Shown here piece after piece: positions 18,781 to 27,066 of a stretch of 64,000 bases of DNA; positions within the stretch are counted from its first letter, which is position 1, and each line of letters starts with the position of its first letter. Source of the stretch: Vicinamibacterales bacterium (lineage in GTDB: Bacteria > Acidobacteriota > Vicinamibacteria > Vicinamibacterales > JAMQPK01). The DNA is taken from NCBI GenBank assembly GCA_963825295.1, contig CAWGSZ010000009.1, positions 1,618,642-1,682,641 on the forward strand, written 5' to 3'. The translations under genes and the position numbers were made by a program. The notes beneath the pieces are model-generated. The model did not search any database. It saw nothing but the letters and a program-made list of their open reading frames with translations, and was not told the origin of the DNA.

Positions 18781-19977
18781 TCACTTTTTCCCAGCGAGGA
18801 TCTTCCACGCGCCGTGCACGTTGCGGTGCACGTAAAGCGCCGGCAAGAGCCACGGGCCCAATGGCTTATCGCGGAGTCCATAGGCGCCGAGCATGTAGCC
18901 GGGGCTGGGCAGTAGCACCTCGCGCAGCAACCGGGCGCGGTCCCCCAGCCGTGGCAACGCGCGCAGGCTGGCAAGGGTCTCGTGGTGCCACCTCCGTTCA
19001 GACGCCAGATACCGCGCGGAGGGTTCCGGCGCCGCCTCGCGGTTCAGCCCGGCGATGAGATCGGCGTCAACCGGCGTGTTGAACAGCGCCCTCGCCTGCT
19101 CCAATGCGCGGCGGCATATCGCCGTGACCTTCCTGGCTCGAGCCAGCTCCTGGAACTCGTTCCGCTCGGCCGCCGACAACCCGGACGCGAGCAGGTGGAT
19201 GTCGAGGATCCACAGCAGCCGCTCGTCGTTGCGGTGATGCATCGCAGGATGCACGCACGACAGAAGGAGCGCATCCACGCGGCACGGGGCGAAGGCCGAC
19301 TCGCCGAGCGCCGGTACGGCGATCGCGCGTCGCAGCAGCGTGTCATACGGCAGCAGGTCGGCAAAGACGGGCTGCGTGCTGATGTTCCAGTGTACGTCGA
19401 AGGCGTGGACCACGCCGAATCGATCGCGCTGCTGAACCTCGAACTGCGAAAGCAGCTCGTGGCATTGCACGGTTTCCACATACGAAAGCGATCGCATCAC
19501 CTGGCGAGCCGCCTCGACGTCTGCGGCGGAGACCATGAGGTCGGTATCGGCGCGAGAGCGCGATGCCGGCGAGTCGTACATGGTGTAGGCGAGCGGCGTC
19601 CCCTTGAGAAGAATCGGACGGATCCCGGCATCCGCCAGCGCGGCGACCACGCGACGGATTTCTGCTTTGCGCAGAAGCTCTTCTGCGGCACGCGTGCGGG
19701 CCACGTCCGAGAGCTCTTCCCACACCTGCCGGGGCCAGCCGGCAGTCGAGAAACGGATCCCGGATCCGTTTTCATCCGGTGCCCCAGAAAACGGATCCGC
19801 AATCCGTCTCTCGGCAGAATCAAGGCTCGACAGTCGCTCGAAACAGAGACCCTCGACCTCGTGCTCGCGGCACAGGTCGAGGAACTGTTGCGCGTCGAGC
19901 CCCAGATCGCTCCACCGCGTGACGTCGCCGCGCAGGAACGCTGCCAACAGCTGCAGCGGCTCACGTGAGGACGGCAT
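18781..19977 (-). CDS. Nucleotidyltransferase-family protein (PF14907-like), lasso-cluster tailoring candidate
   Basis: 398 aa. The central region LLKGTPLAYTMYDSPASRSRADTDLMV...FDVHWNIS resembles the uncharacterised nucleotidyltransferase family found in kinase-type lasso clusters. Its start overlaps the B2 stop by 17 nt. Confidence 0.6.
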   Translation of the reverse strand: MPSSREPLQLLAAFLRGDVTRWSDLGLDAQQFLDLCREHEVEGLCFERLSSLDSAERRIADPFSGAPDENGSGIRFSTAGWPRQVWEELSDVARTRAAEELLRKAEIRRVVAALADAGIRPILLKGTPLAYTMYDSPASRSRADTDLMVSAADVEAARQVMRSLSYVETVQCHELLSQFEVQQRDRFGVVHAFDVHWNISTQPVFADLLPYDTLLRRAIAVPALGESAFAPCRVDALLLSCVHPAMHHRNDERLLWILDIHLLASGLSAAERNEFQELARARKVTAICRRALEQARALFNTPVDADLIAGLNREAAPEPSARYLASERRWHHETLASLRALPRLGDRARLLREVLLPSPGYMLGAYGLRDKPLGPWLLPALYVHRNVHGAWKILAGKK

Positions 19978-20371
19978 AGTCCTCGAGTTCCGGCAGGTGG
20001 CCGATCACGACTTCTCCCCTGCATTCAACCCACGCGTGCGCCTCCAGCACGGTGGATGCGCCACTGCGCGCGCCGATACGCAACGTCGCGTCGTATCCGT
20101 GGCGCCGCAACATCGTGTACGCCGTCAGCGCTTCCGCAAGACACGTCGTTCCCGGCAGTCGTCGCGTGACGGCGGCGGCAGCCCATGTGATTCTCGACAG
20201 GATGTCCCGCTGGTTGGGGCTCGATTGTGCGCGGCGATCGAGTCGGCGAGTGAGCTCGGGGAACGACAACACGTGGAGACCGATCCGCACCCACACGATG
20301 AGCACAAATGCCTCTGCCAGACGCGCCCTGTCGGCAGGGGTCAAGCGCGCAAAGATGCGAAGCGTGTTCAT
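19961..20371 (-). CDS. Lasso peptide leader peptidase B2 (transglutaminase-core cysteine protease)
   Basis: MNTLRIFARLTPADRARL...TTCLAEALTAYTMLRRHGYDATLRIGAR...EAHAWVECRGEVV carries the Cys and His of the transglutaminase-like core. The ATG at 20371 overlaps the upstream stop (ATGA). The longer track ORF reaching 20530 overlaps the GT-C gene. Confidence 0.75.
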   Translation of the reverse strand: MNTLRIFARLTPADRARLAEAFVLIVWVRIGLHVLSFPELTRRLDRRAQSSPNQRDILSRITWAAAAVTRRLPGTTCLAEALTAYTMLRRHGYDATLRIGARSGASTVLEAHAWVECRGEVVIGHLPELEDYAVLT

Positions 20372-21945
20372 TCGGTTCTCGTGCCTGTTGGATCGTAGCC
20401 GACCGGACATTCTGGCGGCAGCCGATAGAGATCGGTCGATGGAAATCCGACATCCCACGACGCGCGCAAGGGACCGAGGCGATTCAAATGAAGTGGCGGC
20501 GCCGCATAGCTGGCGACGCGCACGGCGCACGCGTACTCGCCAGGCACATCATCGCCCGTCTGCCAGATGAAGAATCTCGACGAGCCGGGCGAAGCGCCGC
20601 GGCGATGGCCCGGTGGCTGAAACGCGTCGAGATGCGTGGCCCACCGCGCCCAGTCGGCATGGCTCGACGCGACAAACGATCGATAGGAGGAGCCGGCCCC
20701 CTCAACTGAAAAAAAGTACAACGCGTCAGGTCCAACGACCGAGGACCCCTCGGGGACCTGCCGGCGGATGAATTCGGTGAGGGGAACCGGGTCGCGCGCC
20801 TCCCAGGTGGCCGCAATGCGAAGGTCACGAACCCCGGCCACCGCAAGGTTGACCGCCGCCAACGCAGCGACGATGGCAGCCAGCCCAGCCGTGGGAAGAC
20901 CGAACGCGCGCCGCGGCAACGCGAGAACCACGGCCAGGACCGGAACGGCGAAATACATGCCCAGCGAGAACGTGATGTTCATCCCGCACACAACGATCAC
21001 GCCGGTGGCAATTGTGGCCGCGAGCGCGAAGAGCGCCGCCACGGCCCGAGTGTCGTCACCGCGAGAACTCCGGACGAGATGCCAGAACCCGAGCACCCCA
21101 CCGGCAAGCGCCGCGGCGGGCGTCACCACCGACGACCAGTTGAATGCGAACACACGCGTCGCGGCCTCGAGCATCGCAACATCCGTGTCCTCGCGCGTCA
21201 GGATGAAGAACATGCTGCGGGCCCACGGAACAGGACCACCGTGCTCGAGGAGAGTCCACAGCACGAACCCGGTTGTGAAGACGCCCCCAGCCATCACGAC
21301 CTGCCTGAACGCGCCAGGCCGACGCGTCATGAATGCGGTCGCGCACGCGCACACCAAGAAAGACGCGACAAATGGATAGCTGCGCGGTGTCGTCAGCGCC
21401 GCGAGAAGCAGGAACCCTCCAGCGATCGATCCCGCCATCGCCCCTCGCGTCGGAACCAGCAACCCACGGGCGAATGCCGCAAGCGCCATCAACTGAAACC
21501 CGACGGCAAGCGTTTCCATGTCGCCGCCGGTCGCCGCCGCCCCGATTTCGGGCGTGAGCCATATCAGCACGATCGCCAGCAACCATCGCGTACGGTCGCC
21601 GCTCAAGCACGACGCCAGCCATGCGGCGCCTGCTCCGACCAGCAGCACACCCAGCAAACCGGGAAGCTTCGAGCTCTCGATCGAGAACCCGAACACCGCG
21701 AACGACCACGACATGAGCGTGAAGAAAACAGGACCGTAGAAAGGCAGGTGATCGACCGCGGCCGGCGAGAACCAGGTCGTCGATGGCACGCCGCTGCCAT
21801 CGATCTGCAGCGAACGCGCGATGGACGCATAGAGCTGTGCGTCCGGCCAGGGCGTCGAAGCCCGCCCACGTGTGACGTAGAAGCTCGCGAGAATCAGGCA
21901 CGCCGTCACGGCCAGCGCCGCCGGACCGATGCGCGCCGCGGTCAT
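20368..21945 (-). CDS. GT-C-fold (ArnT/PMT-like) polytopic membrane protein embedded in the lasso operon
   Basis: 525 aa. About 10-12 TM helices with an early loop motif PWPDAQLYASIARSL, plus a roughly 150-aa C-terminal soluble domain. It is paralogous in architecture to 25827..27066, 46623..48374 and 60223..61564. ATGA overlaps on both sides. Confidence 0.55.
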   Translation of the reverse strand: MTAARIGPAALAVTACLILASFYVTRGRASTPWPDAQLYASIARSLQIDGSGVPSTTWFSPAAVDHLPFYGPVFFTLMSWSFAVFGFSIESSKLPGLLGVLLVGAGAAWLASCLSGDRTRWLLAIVLIWLTPEIGAAATGGDMETLAVGFQLMALAAFARGLLVPTRGAMAGSIAGGFLLLAALTTPRSYPFVASFLVCACATAFMTRRPGAFRQVVMAGGVFTTGFVLWTLLEHGGPVPWARSMFFILTREDTDVAMLEAATRVFAFNWSSVVTPAAALAGGVLGFWHLVRSSRGDDTRAVAALFALAATIATGVIVVCGMNITFSLGMYFAVPVLAVVLALPRRAFGLPTAGLAAIVAALAAVNLAVAGVRDLRIAATWEARDPVPLTEFIRRQVPEGSSVVGPDALYFFSVEGAGSSYRSFVASSHADWARWATHLDAFQPPGHRRGASPGSSRFFIWQTGDDVPGEYACAVRVASYAAPPLHLNRLGPLRASWDVGFPSTDLYRLPPECPVGYDPTGTRTE

Positions 21946-22238
21946 GACGGCTCGCGAATCTCCACCAGCCCGCGTTCCGCGAGATGGCTCAGCAGCGTGC
22001 AGACGTCTTCTCGACAGCGTACCGCGTCGACGTCATAGAGCTCGACGATCGCGCTCACGATCTCGTCAATGGTGACCGTGCGCGCCAGCAGCTTCCAGAT
22101 CTCGGCGCCGGCGCCATCGAGGCCGTAATAGGTGCCGTCGTTCAGGTTCAACATCACGACTTCGGCGCCCAGCTCGCTCGCCAGCACGTCGTGAGCCATC
22201 GCAACGGTCGAGGATGAAGGTATGTCGGAGCGAGCCAT
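21942..22238 (-). CDS. PqqD-like RiPP recognition element (lasso B1)
   Basis: MARSDIPSSSTVAMAHDVLASELGAEVVMLNLNDGTYYGLDGAGAEIWKLL...VCTLLSHLAERGLVEI follows the PqqD fold pattern. The start is chosen at 22238 so that it does not overlap the divergent cyclase. Confidence 0.7.
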   Translation of the reverse strand: MARSDIPSSSTVAMAHDVLASELGAEVVMLNLNDGTYYGLDGAGAEIWKLLARTVTIDEIVSAIVELYDVDAVRCREDVCTLLSHLAERGLVEIREPS

Positions 22239-22275
22239 CGATGATCGCAAAGTATTATAAAGTCCGAATCGAATC

Positions 22276-24204
22276 ATGAACGGCATCACAGGCGTGTGGA
22301 ATCTCGACGCGCGCCCAATCGAGCGGGGCGTGCTCGCCACGATGAGCGCCCGTCTCGCCCACCGCGGGCGTGACGGCGAACGCCTGTATCTGTCCGGCCC
22401 CGCGGGTGTCGCCTGTCAGCACTCCTGGGTCACGCCCGAAGAACAGGGAGAACACCTCCCGCTCGTCGGCGCCTCCGGCGCGGTGCTGGTGATGGACGGC
22501 CGCATCGACAATCGACACGATCTCGTCACCCGATTGGGGCTCGACGCGACGGCCAGCGACGCCCGCTGCGTGCTGGCGGCGTACGAAGCCTGGGGCGAGG
22601 GGTTCGCCGCGCGCCTCAACGGCGATTTCGCGCTCGCGATTCTCGACGCCGGCGCCGGACGCCTCATCCTGGCGCGGGATGCGCTGGGCGTTCGAGCACT
22701 CTATTACTTTCACGGTGCGGGGCTGTTCGCGTTCGGATCGGAGATCAAAGCGCTTCTGGCTCATCCCGATATCCCCGCCGAGCCCAACGACGAGGGCGTC
22801 GCCGACTTCATGCTCGTCGGTGCCCGGCCGCTCGATCAGCAGGACCTCACCTGCTTTCGCGGCATCTCCGCCGTCATCCCCGCGCACGTCGTCGTCGCAA
22901 CGCGTCGCGGAACATCCAGTCATCGCTATTGGAACTTCGACCCCCAGGCTCGATTGCGTCTGAAGACGTCCGAAGAATATGTCGAGGCGTTCCATGAGCG
23001 GTTCGCCACGGCCGTGAAACGACGCACGCGTTCGGCGTTCCCGGTTGCGTTCTCGGTCAGCGGCGGCCTCGATTCGTCGTCCATCATCTGCCAGTCGGAG
23101 ACGCTGCGGCGCAACGGCGAGCTGCCGGCCCCGTCAATCGCCGGCCTTTCCTACGTATCCGATCGCGTGAATACCGACGAGCAGCAGTTTCTTCGTGAGA
23201 TCGAAGCTAAATTCGATCTGCAATTCGACCGCTTTACTATCGAAACGCGGACCGGCCTCGTCGAGGGCGCGCGGGAACAGGTATCGGCTATCGAAGCGCC
23301 ATTTGTGGATTACATGTGGGGCGTCACGCGCGAGGTGCACGTACGGGCCGCGGCCACGGGGGCACGCTCGCTGCTGTCGGGTCACTGGGGCGATCAGATG
23401 CTCTTCTCGAGCGCGTATCTGATCGACTTGTTCCGCCGAGGGGCCTGGCGGTCGATCTGGCGTCACACGCGCGAGTACGGCCGGTATTTCGGCGACGAGG
23501 AGACCGCGAGACGCCGGCGCCTGCTGCTCGTCGACGCCGCGCGGTACCACGTGCCGCGCTCGCTTGCAACGCCGCTCAAGTGGCTTCGAATGCGGCTGTT
23601 CGCGCCACCCCGGCCGAAGGCGTGGTTTGCACCTTCATTCCTGGCCACGGCCCTGCAGCATCGCTACAAGCTGGCGACACTGGACGGTCCGTTCCACTCG
23701 GCCCACGCCCGCGCCGTCTACATCGAGGCGCGCTCGAAGTACCAGGTACAGTGCATGGAGTGGAACAGCAAGGTCGGCGCACGGTACGGGCTCGAGGCGG
23801 CGTTTCCATTCCTCGATCGCGATCTCATCGCGTTTCTGATGGCGATTCCCGGAGAGATGCACGCGCCTGATGGCGTGCCGCGCGCCCTCTTACGTGAAGC
23901 GATGCGCGGCATCCTGCCCGATTCGATCCGCGCGCGCACCTGGAAATCGGATTTCAGCAGCTTCGTGACCCAGGGGCTCAGCGACGATGCTGACGAAATC
24001 CTGCGAACGATGACGGGCGACTGTCTCGGCGTGCGCTTCGGCTTCCTCGACGGCAACAAGCTCGCGCCGGAGCTCGCTCGCCTGGCCGAGTCACTGACCG
24101 CCGATGACTGCACGGATAGCTGGGATATGGCCGACACGTATGGCCTCGAAATGTGGCTTCGAGTATTCTTGGGCGGACACGTCCTGAACGAGGAACACGC
24201 ATGA
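22276..24204 (+). CDS. Lasso peptide cyclase (asparagine synthetase B homologue, C protein)
   Basis: 642 aa. AsnB-like Ntn and synthetase domains (SVSGGLDSSSI PP-loop). Residue 2 is Asn (MNGITG), not the catalytic Cys of a true AsnB. The stop overlaps the precursor start. Confidence 0.8.
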   Translation: MNGITGVWNLDARPIERGVLATMSARLAHRGRDGERLYLSGPAGVACQHSWVTPEEQGEHLPLVGASGAVLVMDGRIDNRHDLVTRLGLDATASDARCVLAAYEAWGEGFAARLNGDFALAILDAGAGRLILARDALGVRALYYFHGAGLFAFGSEIKALLAHPDIPAEPNDEGVADFMLVGARPLDQQDLTCFRGISAVIPAHVVVATRRGTSSHRYWNFDPQARLRLKTSEEYVEAFHERFATAVKRRTRSAFPVAFSVSGGLDSSSIICQSETLRRNGELPAPSIAGLSYVSDRVNTDEQQFLREIEAKFDLQFDRFTIETRTGLVEGAREQVSAIEAPFVDYMWGVTREVHVRAAATGARSLLSGHWGDQMLFSSAYLIDLFRRGAWRSIWRHTREYGRYFGDEETARRRRLLLVDAARYHVPRSLATPLKWLRMRLFAPPRPKAWFAPSFLATALQHRYKLATLDGPFHSAHARAVYIEARSKYQVQCMEWNSKVGARYGLEAAFPFLDRDLIAFLMAIPGEMHAPDGVPRALLREAMRGILPDSIRARTWKSDFSSFVTQGLSDDADEILRTMTGDCLGVRFGFLDGNKLAPELARLAESLTADDCTDSWDMADTYGLEMWLRVFLGGHVLNEEHA

Positions 24205-24362
24205 AACGCAAGCCAGAGCAACCGGCGACGCCCAGACGGGTCTATCGGACCCCGTCGCTGAAGGTTCACGGCGATTTCCGCAAGGTGACCGCCAGCAAGG
24301 GTGGCACGAACAACGACGGCACCGGAAAACCGCGGACGAAGAACAACAACCCGAACCAGTAG
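24201..24362 (+). CDS. Lasso peptide precursor (53 aa)
   Basis: MKRKPEQPATPRRVYRTPSLKVHGDFRKVTASKGGTNNDGTGKPRTKNNNPNQ. It carries a YxxPxL leader motif, Thr at leader position -2 and Asp at predicted core position 8. ATGA overlap with the cyclase; the kinase starts 4 nt after its stop. Confidence 0.7.
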   Translation: MKRKPEQPATPRRVYRTPSLKVHGDFRKVTASKGGTNNDGTGKPRTKNNNPNQ

Positions 24363-24366
24363 TCGA

Positions 24367-25326
24367 ATGCCCGTGCGATACCGTCTGTACGGGCTCACCA
24401 TCGAGTGCGACGTTCCGCTTTCCTGCCCCCGGGATTCCCAAGACAGCACCTCTGACGTTCGACTGACACGCGCCGCCGCCAAGCGGTTCGACCAGGTGCG
24501 TACGATGGCCAGCATTCCATCACGTGCGGCGCAATGGTTCGAATGCGCGCGGCTCGAAGATGGCTCCACATACCTGCGATGGACGCGGCTCTTCGAGTTC
24601 CTCGTGGCGCCGGACGGACGAACGATCGAGTGCCGCCCGCTCGAACACGCCACGCGTCACGCCTTGACGACGTATCTGATGGGACAGGTGCTGTCGTTTT
24701 CTCTGCTCTCGTTCGGGTACGAACCGCTGCACGCAACGGCCGTTGTGATCGACGGCTCGGCGGTGGCGTTTCTCGGAGACTGCGGCGACGGAAAGTCGAC
24801 GCTCGGAGCGGCACTCGTCGCGCGCGGATTCCCGCTCCTCACCGACGATGTGCTGACGCTGAAGTCCGACGGCAACCGGTTCCTGGCTTATGCCGGACCG
24901 GCGCGGCTCAAGCTGTTTCCGTCGGTCGCGCGCTCGCTGCTGGGACGATCGGGAACGCACCGGCTGAATCCAGGGACGCGCAAGCTCGTGCTGCCGCTCT
25001 CGAGCCGTCGCGCCTGGTCTGATGCCGTCCCGCTGGAGGCGCTGTACGTCCTGTGCGGGCCGGCACGCAGCCGACGCGCCTCGCGCGTCACGCTCACCCC
25101 GCTGACGGGTCAGCGTGCGTTTCTCGAAGTGATTCGCTCGACGTTCAACCTGATCCAGGTCGACAAGGCACGGCTCGAGAATCAGTTCGGGATGGCAGTG
25201 GAACTCGTGAAGGCGGTGCCAGTGACGCGAATTACCTACCCAAGGAGACTGTCGCGTCTGGAAGAGGTGTGCGAGGCGATCCTGGGACGTCAAAGAGGCT
25301 CAACGTCAGATTGTCGTTCGGCATGA
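24367..25326 (+). CDS. HPr-kinase-related (HprK-like) lasso peptide kinase
   Basis: 319 aa from ATG 24367 (MPVRYRLYGLTIECDVPL). P-loop FLGDCGDGKSTLGAALVARGFPLLTDDV resembles HprK/P C-terminal-domain relatives found in lasso clusters. Confidence 0.65.
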   Translation: MPVRYRLYGLTIECDVPLSCPRDSQDSTSDVRLTRAAAKRFDQVRTMASIPSRAAQWFECARLEDGSTYLRWTRLFEFLVAPDGRTIECRPLEHATRHALTTYLMGQVLSFSLLSFGYEPLHATAVVIDGSAVAFLGDCGDGKSTLGAALVARGFPLLTDDVLTLKSDGNRFLAYAGPARLKLFPSVARSLLGRSGTHRLNPGTRKLVLPLSSRRAWSDAVPLEALYVLCGPARSRRASRVTLTPLTGQRAFLEVIRSTFNLIQVDKARLENQFGMAVELVKAVPVTRITYPRRLSRLEEVCEAILGRQRGSTSDCRSA

Positions 25327-25837
25327 TCTGGCCCAGCAACGTGGCACCGGTCGCGCGGCCGCGCGTCGGCTCGTGCCGGACAAGCCAGTTGCCAAGAATC
25401 AACGCCGCAATCGCGAACGTGACATCGGAGCTGTACTGCTTGCAGTTCGCGCCCCAGTAGATTGCCGACGGAGACAGCGAGAAAAGCGCGAGGGCCAGAA
25501 GCGCCGCCCCGCGTGAAAGGTAGGCACGCGCCGCCATGTAGAAGAGCGGCAGCGACACGAGACCGCACACGAACGCCGGAAACCGCAGCACGCGCTCGGA
25601 ATCGCCGAACATGAGCACGAACGCTTTGGTGACGAATACAAATCCAACCGGTGCCGCCTGGTGGAACTCGTAGGGGCCGAGCAGATCCCAGCCCGACTTG
25701 CGCAGAATGTTCAGCGCCAGCGCCGCCTCGGGCCACCAGAACGATCAGTCGAACAGATACATCTGAAGGCGCAGCCCCGCGCCCACCGCGACGAGCGCGG
25801 TGACCGCCATGATGACGCGGCGGTTGTCAGACACCAT
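25232..25837 (-). pseudogene. GT-C (ArnT/PMT-like) gene remnant: in-frame TGA and 3' truncation
   Basis: MVSDNRRVIMAVTALVAVGAGLRLQMYLFD-TGA(25745..25747)-SFWWPEAALALNILRKSGWDLLGP...LRFPAFVCGLVSLPLFYMAARAYL... stays in one frame. Family-like sequence fades near 25370, where it runs into the 3' end of the convergent kinase gene. Confidence 0.55.
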
Positions 25838-27066
25838 CGCGCCTCTCCGGCACACGCGCGAGCGCGACAGCCGCATAGAAGAAGAACACGAACTCCATCG
25901 GTGCGCGGTATCGCGTGGCGGGCACATACACGGCGTAGACCACGACGAAGACGCAGGCGATCGCCCACAGCGCAAAGTCGTGCGCGAGCACGTGGCGGCG
26001 CATGTAAATGCCAGCCACAGCCGCGAGCATCACGAACGACGACGCCAGGGTGTGGCTGATGACTTCAAGTCGCGGACGTGTCACTGGCGCCTCGACAATG
26101 ACCTTGTCGGGCGGTGCGAGCGTCACGCGCGTCTCCGGACCAGAGACGTACAGCGGGATCAGCCGGGGCGAGAGGAAGATACCCCGCGTTCGCGAGCTTT
26201 TCCTTGATCGTCCCAACCGGCGAGGCTTTCATGTGCTCGATCGCGGCGCTCGTCAGGTACGCATCGATACGCGGAGTGTAGTCCGCGCTGCCCGGCACGA
26301 TGTCGGGCCGGGCCGTCGTTGCCAGCTCATAGGCCACCGGCTCGAGCAGGTCGAGATCGTGGTCGGGCAGCAGCGCCGCCGCGTATGGCGAGTTTCCGAT
26401 GAAGAGGTTGATCCCGTTCCGGGTCGGCCACCAGGATCCGTTCGCCCGGTGATTCCGCATCCACCATGGCAGCACGAGGATCATCGCCACACCGGCGACC
26501 ACCGCGGCGTCGCGTGCCTGGCCGCGCCGCACCAGGACAGCCCCGACGAGCACAATGAGCGGCAACACCATGGCCCGGCTGAGCACGCTGAGCCCGAGCC
26601 ATGCGCCGGCGATCGCGGCAGAGGCGACGCCCGCGATCGACGCGGCCGCGCCGGCAAACCCGACGAGCAGCAGGGTTGTGAGTGACGAATCGCCGACCGT
26701 GGCCGCATGCCGGACCAGCAGCGGATACCCCGCGAACAGCAGTCCGGCGAACACGCCGGCGCGCGCCGATCCCGTCCGGCCGAGGACGAGCCGGTACAGC
26801 AGCACCGCGCCGAGTGAGGCGACCGCAATCTGCATCAGCTGGACGGCCAGCACGGAGTCGCGCGCGATGAGCCGGGCGCCGGCAAGGAACAACGGATAGA
26901 GCGGTTCGAAGTCGGTCACGGGAAGGCCGTCGATCGTGAACGTTCCGGTTCGAACCAGACTGCCCGACAACGCCCAGTACTGGCTTTCGATTGGAGGATG
27001 AATCAGCAACAGGTAGGCGAGACGCGGAAGAGCTGCGGCACAGAACAGGATGGCCGCCGGTTTCAT
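25827..27066 (-). pseudogene. GT-C (ArnT/PMT-like) membrane glycosyltransferase, frame broken once
   Basis: The N-terminal roughly 295 aa (MKPAAILFCAAALPRLAYLLL..., ATGA-coupled to thrB) and the C-terminal TM part (IFLSPRLIPLYV...YRAPMEFVFFFYAAVALA, ORF 25827..26216) are in different frames. Removing one C from the CCCC run at 26182..26185 joins them (…KLANAG-IFLSPRL…). Confidence 0.6.

Noticed and set aside
22276-24204. Housekeeping asparagine synthetase (asnB)
   Set aside because: The N-terminal nucleophile Cys2 is replaced by Asn. The gene also overlaps a leader-peptide ORF and sits between PqqD-like, B2-like and HprK-like genes, so a lasso cyclase is the better call.
24153-24362. 69-aa version of the precursor ORF starting at 24153
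   Set aside because: The extra 16 residues lie inside the cyclase coding region. The ATG at 24201 forms a classic ATGA coupling and gives a leader length typical of lasso precursors.
25745-25747. In-frame TGA in the GT-C remnant as selenocysteine or programmed read-through
   Set aside because: The position is not a redox-active Cys site in the paralogues, and no SECIS-like hairpin follows. The gene is also truncated at its 3' end, so a nonsense mutation in a decaying gene is the simpler reading.
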